Positions 54,410 to 64,000 of a DNA stretch of 64,000 bases are shown here, piece by piece. The stretch comes from Nageia nagi. Lineage: Eukaryota > Plantae > Pinophyta. The translations under genes and the position numbers were made by a program. The notes below the pieces were generated by a model. It ran no database searches, was not told the DNA's origin, and saw only the letters and a program-made list of their open reading frames with translations. How positions within the stretch are numbered: position 1 is the first letter of the stretch; every line of letters begins with the position of its first letter. The DNA is taken from NCBI GenBank assembly GCA_050084985.1, contig JBITNC010000001.1, positions 192,820,001-192,884,000 on the forward strand, written 5' to 3'.

Positions 54410-57400
54410 ATGGCAAGTGCTAAGAATACTATGGTGGCTATAGAAGAGGGACTGGACTCTGACTTGGTAAGAATCCATGTGGAGTATCTGGATAATTCTC
54501 TTAGGACAAACTAGATGGAGGGGGGAGTCATGAATCACATGGATACCTGATGTGTTGATCCTTATAGGCTACTATTGTAGCACTAGAGGCCAAAGGTTAT
54601 AGGAAAAGGGAAGTTGCAAGCTAGAGGAAACAATGTTATGCTAAACTAGGGCCTGATATACTTTGTGCCCTACAAATGTTTCACCTATACAGAGCTCCTT
54701 ATTTCCATTAAATTAAGACACAACCCATAGGGATATATTATCAGATATTATGAGTAGAATAAGGGGAATAAGAATCCAAGTACCAATTAGATATCTTTTT
54801 GGACTACTCCCCAGGTGCAATTATCAATGCTTTCATAGTGTCGACTGATTAGAGTGTGCACAGGCTCAAGAAATAAATCGATCTTAAAAAGGAAAATATG
54901 GATTTTTATTAGAATGAAGATGATATGATTGATTGGATTAAAAAAAGGTATAATAGGAACACCACCAAGCTCCTTCAGAGCTACAACATCACCTCCTTTG
55001 AGAAATATTGGGACAAACAAGTCCTACAAGCGTTAACAGACATTCTAGGGTGGGTAACCCAAATTAAGGTAGATGAAGCCATGATAAGGATGACATATAA
55101 TATTATTGAGGCACACATCTACTACAATTTTCCTACCTTCATCATAAATGAGGTTAGGAAAAATCTATTTAATATTGAAAAATCTAATTTCTAGCACTCA
55201 TCCTATTTGTGGTGGCTCATAATCCACCAAAATTTGTAAGCTTTGGTGGAAAAAGGACTCCAAATTATGTTGGCTAATTCATCTATAGCACCCACACCAA
55301 TTGATTTACGAGTGTTAGTACTCACAAAGGTCCATGGCTCATATTATGAGGATTCTCACTGGGAGGGTCTCTCATAAACTACATCAATTTTTCTTGGATG
55401 AGATTCAAGGAGGTAATAAGATAGGAGATTGGTATTTTTTGAGGAATCATATAATAATAATGAGGTATGGCTATTTATAAACCCCATTTTTTCTACCTAA
55501 ATTTATCACCCAATAATTATATTATTTAAAAATGGGTAGACAAATGTGTGCTATAGAGACTAAATATGTGTTAGGGGGTAATTTCAAACCCATTATAAAA
55601 ATACTTACCACATCGATAAATTTTACCTTATTAGAAGTAAGTTGTAAAGATGAGCTAGTGGACTTCATTGAACAAAATTTTAAGTTAGATAGTGTAGACA
55701 ACCCCTTGGATGTACAACCTAGTGGGTAAGATAATAGAAATAATAAAGTCAAATAAGAAATGCCCAACATTTGGTCATGAAGCTCGACCCCGTATATAGT
55801 ATTTTGTAAATTAGATAGAAGAGGATATCAAGGTATCCCTGAAGTGGGAATTCAATATTTTGGATAAGGCATGGATGGCCCTTGAGGGATTAAAAATGTA
55901 TAGGATTTGGGAGACTAGACAATAGGGATTTACCTTGAACTCGGAGGTCATCACTCAGTTATGGCATGAGTTGGGTTGGGGCTATAACAAAATTGAATAT
56001 TTTACTAAATATAGGTTTGAATATACCACCAAAGTGGCTCATGTTGAAAAATAATGCTATGGTGGATTCACTTATGATCAATATTGGAATGCTTAATGCA
56101 TGAAAGACCCACTCTCAGAGAAGGGACAACCACTCCTAGCCATTTTTCAAGGAAAATCCATGGGAGAAGATCAACCATCGATGCAATAATCATAGGAGCT
56201 ATAGAAACCAAAGAAAAGAAAGGTAGAAGAAGGCTCTCATTCTCAACAACCTTAGAAAAAGAACAAAAAAAGACATAAGTTGCAACAACTATTGCTTTCA
56301 AGGAATCTCCCCAAAAGAAACCAAGAAGAATCATTCTGGTGTCAAAGGAATAATAACCCCCAGAAAAGAAACATGTACTAAAAAACAAGAATCCTATTAA
56401 CAAGCCACTTGTATCAAGAAAGGTCAAGACCCCATCTCCATGGGCAATAAGTGAAGAATAACCAAAGCCAAGCATAAGAGATACTGAGATAGTAGATGCT
56501 AACACCTAAAAACCCTAAAGCATAGACATGGTAGGATTTCAAGATGCACAACAAGAAGCCAAGGATGAAGTGCAATAAGGGGGAGGTAATGTTCTTAGAA
56601 TGGTTCCAATAGCAACAGCAAGAGGATAAGCATGTAAAGATGAAGATGATGATGATGATGATCCAAACAACAAGAAATACTTTAACCTAATGGACAAGGT
56701 TGAAGAGAAATATGCAACTATTGCAAAAGAAGAAGAATATAAGCAAGAAGAACTCATTTTGGAAACAATGAAGTAGATGCTTACCCTGGATACTCTAGCA
56801 TCAACTTTAAGGGATGGTACATCTCAACATTCTTTGATTCCTTATTCTACTACCTCAATCGATTAAATAAAAAGAATTTTTCTACTCAAGTAGTAGATCC
56901 TTTTGATTAGACATCATTCATTAATAAACCCCTTTCATTCCTAGAGCAAAAGGAAAGATTGTTAAGCAAAGTGACTGATACGAGGGATGTTAAAATAGTA
57001 TAGGTTCCCTTTAAAGATGGGAAATTAGATAAAACACCTATGATAATTGTAGATATAAAGATGCAAAGTGTCCCAATGGTAGATTAGTCTAGGTTTTTGG
57101 TCAATACTTCCTTGGATGCTAGATAGAGTCTCTAAGATATGAAGAATAAAATAGAAAAATTAAATAAAAAGGTAGAGCAACTCAAAGGTGATTGCTCCTA
57201 GAAAGATAAAATAATGGTCAAACTATAGAACCAAAATAATGAATTAAGTTAGAAAATAGCCAAATCGAAATTTGAGCATGAGAAGAGCCTACAAGATGCC
57301 AAAGCAAAGCTAAAGAAAATGAAGAAAGAAATTGAAGAGCTAAAGGATCAATCCAACATAATTGATAGGAAAAAGCCTCAAAAGACATAAGAAGAGTTGA

Positions 57401-58200
57401 TGAAAACTCTAGTAGACAATAAAATTTTGAATAATGATAAGATGAAGCTGCTAGATATTAGAAAGAATTTTAGAAAAAAATGGTAGAATAGATTAGAGAG
57501 CAGATGGTTAGCATGTTGAAGTTGTATTACTTGAAGAATCAAGTAGAGCAAGCTATCCAACAATGTGATTCCTAGACCACACTCTAGTTGTTGGCCTTAA
57601 AATCCCCAAGAGCAAAAATTGAGAAAATGCAATATTAGCTTCGACAAATATCAAAAAAATATCTAGCCACTATGACTCCAAGGCTGAAGTAAATAATTTT
57701 GAGGAGAATCAAAGATATTTGTGATCTATAGGATCTGATATTTGCCTTAAACTTGGAGAAAAGTTAATTAAAAGTTGAAGTAAGTTTTATGAATATCTAT
57801 TTTCATTCTTTAATTCAATTGAAGGCTCCTAAATTACGGGAGGAATCAGATGTAAAGAGTAGCTTCGATCGTTGGGTGGTGAATACTAAGTAATTCTTAG
57901 AGTAGATTGTGTCTAAGAAACAACTCTCATACCTACAAGAGATCAATGATCTAGATCAGGAGGCTATATTAAGAATTTTGAATGCTTGTAGGCTGGAGAA
58001 TGTGTTAACAATATTTAGATCAAATATTGTAAAATTCTAAGTATGCCCCATTTTATCACAAGTATACAATCAAGATCTCAACCATCTATATAAGAAACTT
58101 TAGTCTCTTCTTCCTTTAGATTTGATTCCATTGCTAGAGGCCCCACTAAAAGACACAATTGGATAGCCAAGTGGAAGTGACTAGTGAAAGTTATTTTTAT
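54410..58200 (+). pseudogene. Extra sense ORF downstream of pol in copy B
   Basis: ATG at 54410. ORF pieces 54925-55194 and 55532-55729 align with A 5245-5433 and 4698-5060. Confidence 0.8.
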
Positions 58201-58236
58201 TCAATAGAATGAATACCTTAAGATCCACCAGAAGAC

Positions 58237-60041
58237 TATTATTATTACAAAATCACACTCTAAAAGGGGTAATATTCTTTCAATTCATTATACCATTCAT
58301 TATTATTTATTCTTAATAAAGTCCCTCCTATAAATATTGCTCATTATATCCTTTTCTTTCATAATTGTAAATGATGTATAGAGTTTAAAGTATCTATACT
58401 TAGTCTCTTTTTTCACATTCTAGTTAGGATTGGTATTTGATCAAGGCATATCCATGCCATGTTCATGTTACTAGGTCTTAGTTAAGTAAAGGGCCCTTAA
58501 AATCTTGCCATTTTGTTATGAGGTAGGTATTGTTTGTATATACTTATTTGGCTCATGTCTAGGAGATGTGAGTAAGTTAAAGGTTGAAGGGTTTCCATTT
58601 TTTTAGAATTGGCTAAGCCATTTTCAAGAAGTGTTTTATAAGGTCTATGTGTGTGTCTAAGTCTAATTCATGTTTTGTCAAAAGTATAGTTACTTAGGTT
58701 TGAGTCTTGTATAGTTCGAAAGTTTTTTCTAGGTATTGTTGTATATAACTATCAATCTAAAGTCAAGTCACTCAAAAGGCAATATGAATTCTAGAGGAGG
58801 AGTTGTACCTTTTGATAGAAATTAGTAAGCTCTAACTTCAATATGTCATCAAGTAGTCCATAAGGTCTTAGTAGCAGGATATGTTACAATACTTACATTC
58901 AACAAACCCCATCAATTGTAAGCAATGATGTCATACTTTTTGAAGAAACTTGATGGGTGATAAGGCTTCTCAAATATTCAACAAACCCCTCCAAGGAAAA
59001 TAAGATCTGTTGAGCATGAATGAAGACTATAAGAGGAAGGAAATACCTAGGTCCACTTAATAAAGAGTGTATGACCCCTAGGACTCTACCAATGTGTGAA
59101 CTATAGCTCATTTCCATGTGGCAATAGTAGTTCACCTTTAGGTTTTAATAATAGATCTATCTTCACCTTTATAATGATCATAACCTAGAGCAACAATGCA
59201 AAATATGTAATGGTTGTAGAAAGTTAGGTAGCTTCCAAATGCTAACAAAGGTTGATCATACCAATCAAGATTGTAGGCCATACCTTTTAAATTTAGAAAC
59301 TATCCTGTAAGATCATAGTAAAAGAAAAATATCGTGGATTACAGCTAGATAGGTACAAACATTGAAGGTCTATGGATTCCCAAGCATTAGCATTGAGTTA
59401 AGAAAATCAATTACACTTGCAGATTATGTTGTACATATTATAATTTTTTAATTCATATTATTCTTAGTTAAAGAGTAGTTAAGAGCATTAATGGTGGACA
59501 ACCACCTATTGTAAATAAGATTATATAAATAGTGGACTGTTAGAGGTCCAAAAGGTCGAACATTTTACAAAGTTACCTAATGTGAGAAGTGTTTTCATAT
59601 ATGAAAATGCAATATAATGGTATTTTTCCCTCTATAATTTGTAGTTGTTATCTTATTTTGTAATCATTATGTATGAAGAATTATCCTAAATTATGGCTGT
59701 GTATTGCAATTGCAAGATCCCAAGAATAAGTTAGTTATTCTATTCTTAATCTTAATAATGGATTACTACCTATGAGGTGATGCTTGGGTTGATTAGTTTT
59801 ATTTTACTTTTTGTAGTGTAGATTTTTATCTCTTTCATATTACTCTTTACCTCTTTCATCTCTTTCCAGTTACTTTTGACCTCTTTCATATATAGGAACC
59901 GACCTATAACCTAAATATTGAGCAAAAAACCCCCAAAAATGTATTATCCCATGACCTTCTGCTCTTTCAAGAACCCTACCATTGCAAGCAATGGAGAACT
60001 ATACCAAACCAAACCTTTAGGTTACATTATATTTATCAACA
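58237..60041 (+). repeat. 3' LTR of copy B
   Basis: Colinear with 45860-47680; ends TATCAACA. Confidence 0.93.
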
Positions 60042-61910
60042 AATATGAAATGACTTAAATACACCATATGATGTGACACGAAATGATTTAAATACACATA
60101 TGATCCAAAAGCTAACTTGGAGAAGGAAAATAACTATTTAGCCCAAAAAATTTTAAAGTGTCAAAAATTGATCCAAAAGTGGTAAGCAATTATTCAGCCC
60201 AAAACATTTCTAAGTATTAAAAACTAGTCCAAAAGTGGTAAGCAATTGTTTAATCCATAAATTTTATAAATGTCCAAAAGCACTCCAAAAATGGTAAGTT
60301 GGCAAAAACATACCTATAATACTTAGCCAAACATAGAAAAAATATGTGATTCCTAAGTGGATGTCATGTTGTATATACAACATGATGAGATGAAAATAAT
60401 GGAACATGTTGTGGCTTCTTCAAATATTCTAAAATGATTCAATTATACCTTATGATATGAAATTATCTAAATATAATTATTTCAAATTGAAGAATGCTTT
60501 GATCCTATGTCATCCTCAGTTACTTAAGGCACATAAGATCAATCATAATGAGCCTAATTATAGTGTTGGCTATGGGATCTCGAAGAATGGCCCAATGGAT
60601 TTGACTATTAACAATGAAACTATATTTGCATAATACATCTTCCACAATGCAGTCCATGAAACTTTGTTTGCATCATACATCTTCCATATTTTTCATACAT
60701 GTGCATCTTGTTAAACAATTCTTGGGATTTCTATATTCTTCCACATTTTGCATACATGCCTATCAAGGTATTCAAAAATACAACATTCAATGAAATGGTC
60801 TAAATGCACCAACATATGATATGAAACCTCATGAAGTGATAAAAGCATAAAATATGTTATCTAAAACCTAGTCAAAGAGTAATACACAAGGCCCACAAAA
60901 TTATTTCTGCATAATGCACCTTCCAAATTATAATCCATAAAATTATGTTTGCATCATGCATCTTCCATATTTTGCATACATGTATATCATGTTTTATGTT
61001 CTATTTCAATTTTTCAAAAAAGTGCATATATATTGGGTGCGTGGATTTGTAGACTACTTAGTGCTTGTATCATGACATAATCTTCTAAGTGTAAAAAACC
61101 AGTTCAAAAGTGATAAGTTAGCCTCATTCACCATGTGTTATAAAATAATGCAAATGTACATCATTTATATGCACAAAATGAACTAAGTACACCATATGAT
61201 ATGTTATAAATTATTTAAATACACCATATGATATTAATTGATCTAAAAACCAATCCAAAAGTCATAAGTTGCCGAAAACAACATAAAATTGTGGGCTACA
61301 TCATTGCTTGAAAAATGACATAATTGGTGCTATCCTTTATTAGCAGTTATTTGCTAATTGTGTCATCACATAATTTTGTAATTGTCAAAAACTAGTACAA
61401 AAGTTAATAATATGGCCTTATCCATCATATGTTGTAAAATAATTCAATTGTACATCATTTAAATGCTCAAAATTGTTGATCTTCTTGGTTATGCAGGCTA
61501 TCCTAATAAATAATTCAAACCTCCCACTAAAATATATAAATAGATCATGTGATATGAAATGATTTAAATACACCATATGATATGAACTATTGCAATTGTA
61601 CCATATGATATGAAATGATCTAAGTACGCCATATGATTTGAAACAATGTAATTGTACATGAGATGAAAACAATGGAACATGTTGTGAGCTCCTTCATTAA
61701 TTAGACTATATCAGAAAAATTATGACATGTGCTATTAAATTATTTAAATACACCATATGATCCAAAAAATAGCTTGGAGATGGAAAGCAACTGTTAAACC
61801 TAGAAATTTTCATGTGTTAAAAACTAATCCAAAAATGATATGTTCTGAAATGGTTTAATTGTACCATGTGATATTAAATGATCTAAATACATTACATGAT
61901 ATGAAATTGA
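60042..61910. repeat. Mosaic of 28-bp minisatellite (CACCATATGATATGAAATGATTTAAATA) and 56-bp repeats
   Basis: 28-bp units near 60045-60105, 61180-61245, 61545-61650 and 61840-61910. CCAAAA(G)TGGTAAG at 60173, 60229 and 60285. Confidence 0.85.
60600..60990 (-). pseudogene. Chimeric PPR fragments
   Basis: NTLIGMYAKCGRI*KSQELFNKMH on the minus strand (~60700-60790), with duplicated sub-pieces. Confidence 0.75.
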
Positions 61911-63454
61911 AACTTAAGCAAAGAATAATTTATTATGTCAAATTCATCACCATTATGTTGATTTTACTTGATTCAAACCATGTGCCAACCATTCTATTGT
62001 GTAAAAGTCATCATAATTATATTGATTTTCATCTCTCCAAAATTGAAACAAAGAATAGTAGTTATAAGATTAATGCAAAACATTACATATAATCAATATA
62101 AATATCAAATATTATATTAATATAAGCATAACAACCTGATCTTGTATCCAAAGGATGAATTTCTAAATATGATTTTTTTGTAACCATGTTACATCTCTCG
62201 TTGCATGAGGGTTGGCTCAATCCATTTTAAACCAATAGTATTTTCTCTCTTTATCCTAACAACCAACTTCCTTGTGTTATTCCTTATTAATTACTTATAC
62301 CCACTTATCAATATTACATCTCATTTCTTTTATCTTTCTCTAGTGTATGATCTTCTAGTTGGCACAACTTTTGTATGTAATCTTCACAAGCAAATAAGGT
62401 AGCAAACGAGTATCATACTCCTTTGATACCTTTTTTCAAAGGAGTATCATTAAATACTCTATTTTCTAGTGAAGGTTACATTTGAAATTATCACTAAATG
62501 AAAGAACATATGGTAGAGAAAGATAACATAAGTGAAATATCATATTGAAGAGTGGGTATGAGTAATATGCTTAAATGATTAATTCAATGGAATTGTTAAC
62601 CCTATGGACATAGTCCTTATTTTTTATAGGTATGTATTGCAAAGGTTTTTCCATAATGTTTAACAAAAAATCTTCTTAAAATTGTCCACATCATAGATAA
62701 GGTGAAATTTAACTTTGATCCATGTTAAGACAAATAATATTTTTTTATATAAAAGACATGTCTCTATGAGGTATTATATCATATGATGCATCTAAATGAT
62801 TCAAATATGTTTTACAATATTTCTACCACAACATTCAATTTATAAGCACCAAGTAGACACATCCATGCACCTAAAGAAGCACATCTTGAAAAATTGAAAT
62901 GGAACATAAAACTTGATAGATATATATGCAAAATATGGAAGATCCATGATGTAGACATAGTTTCATGGACTATAATGTGGAGTATGCATTATGCAGATAC
63001 AATTTCATGGGTCTTGTGTGTTATTCTTCCACATTTTATGATGATCTTAGGTAGGCACTATGAATGTTTTTGGTATTTTAAGTTTTTTTATTTTTTTGGT
63101 CGAGGGGTTAGAGGAGAGAAAGGTGCATTTTGCAAGGTGAGACAAGGTGAGATGAAAATTTAAATCATTTCATATCTTATTATATATTAAGATATTTTAA
63201 TTTGAGTTCTAAATTAAATTATTTATTAGGAAAACCTACACAACCAAGAAGGTCAACAATATTATGGTCTACAATACTGCTACAACATGTCATAATTTAT
63301 GCAAACATAATTACATATTGCAATGTGGAAGATGCATTATTTAGACATAGTTTCATGGGCCTTGTGTATTATTCTTGGAGATTTCATATAACATATTTGA
63401 TGCTTCTATCACTTCATGAAGTTTTATTTCATATGATGGTGCATTTATATCATT

Positions 63455-64000
63455 TCCTTGAATGGTGTGGTTGTGAATGCCCTGATAGGCATGTATGAAA
63501 AATGTGTAAGAATACACAAAGCTTGAGAATTATTTAACAAGATGCATTATACAAACAAAATTTCACTTAATGCAATGATTACATGATATGCAAAAAATAA
63601 TTTTCTGGAAAGGCTCTAGAGACTTTTAAGTAAATGCAATTGTTAGATGTAAAGCTAAACTCTATAACCTTTTCCAACATATGCCACTACGGGATCTCTA
63701 TAAGAAGGCATGGAAATCCATAAAATAGTATTTGAAAATGGTTTTTCATTGAATATTGTTATTGTGACTTCCCTAATATACATGTATGCAAAATGTGAAA
63801 CAATACACAAGGCTTGAGAATTATTTGACAAGATGCATGATGCAAATACAGTTTCATGGAATGCAATGATTATAGAATATGCAATTCATGGCTACAACAA
63901 GGATACATTTAAACTCTTTTATATGATGAATCACTTGGGAACCAAATAAAATAACATAACCTTTGTATGTGTTCTACTTGCATGCAATGATGCAGGTCTA
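63455..64000 (+). pseudogene. PLS-class PPR pseudogene running off the window
   Basis: NALIGMYEKC; TSLIYMYAKCETIHKA*ELFDKMHDANTVSWNAMIIEYAIHG; ITFVCVLLACNDAGL; in-frame stops. Confidence 0.9.

Larger units (their letters stand above)
45860..60041 (+). mobile_element. Full-length degenerate Tat-like LTR retrotransposon, copy B (14.2 kb)
   Basis: LTRs 45860-47680 and 58237-60041; outer termini TG...CA; TSD GATAT/AATAT (4 of 5). Removing it restores the minisatellite unit ATATGATATGAAATGA. Confidence 0.95.

Noticed and set aside
56068-56757. Hydrophobic minus-strand ORFs suggesting an antisense membrane protein
   Set aside because: Mirror of the K/E/D-rich linker of the sense extra ORF; not conserved as such in A and C.
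60042-61910. CRISPR-like appearance of the 28-bp repeats
   Set aside because: Degenerate head-to-tail units without unique spacers, eukaryotic context, no cas genes.

Overview
AT-rich plant nuclear DNA, probably gymnosperm (inferred from the retroelement types and long, old, deaminated LTRs). Most of the window is nested, degenerate LTR retrotransposons. One Tat-like Ty3/gypsy family occurs three times. Copy A (383-14714, minus, TSD GTGAT) and copy B (45860-60041, plus, TSD GATAT/AATAT) are structurally complete; copy C (1-382 plus 14720-18770) is split by A. A and B have the order gag-PR-aRH-RT-RH-INT. All three carry a large sense-strand extra ORF after pol (~1200 codons in A and B, truncated in C). 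In A and B the tRNA-Arg-like PBS lies 17 nt from the LTR, and no canonical PPT adjoins the 3' LTR. Between the copies lie a truncated Ogre/Tat element, a chromoviral element broken by nested insertions, copia remnants and a solo LTR. The only host gene is a CpG-rich J-domain/zinc-ribbon gene (43765-42465, minus) with an apparent 1-nt frameshift at the start of a tandem-repeat region. PLS-class PPR fragments flank it and, at 60-64 kb, form chimeric cassettes with a 28-bp minisatellite in inverted orientation. All alignments were made by eye, so boundaries of degenerate elements are approximate.
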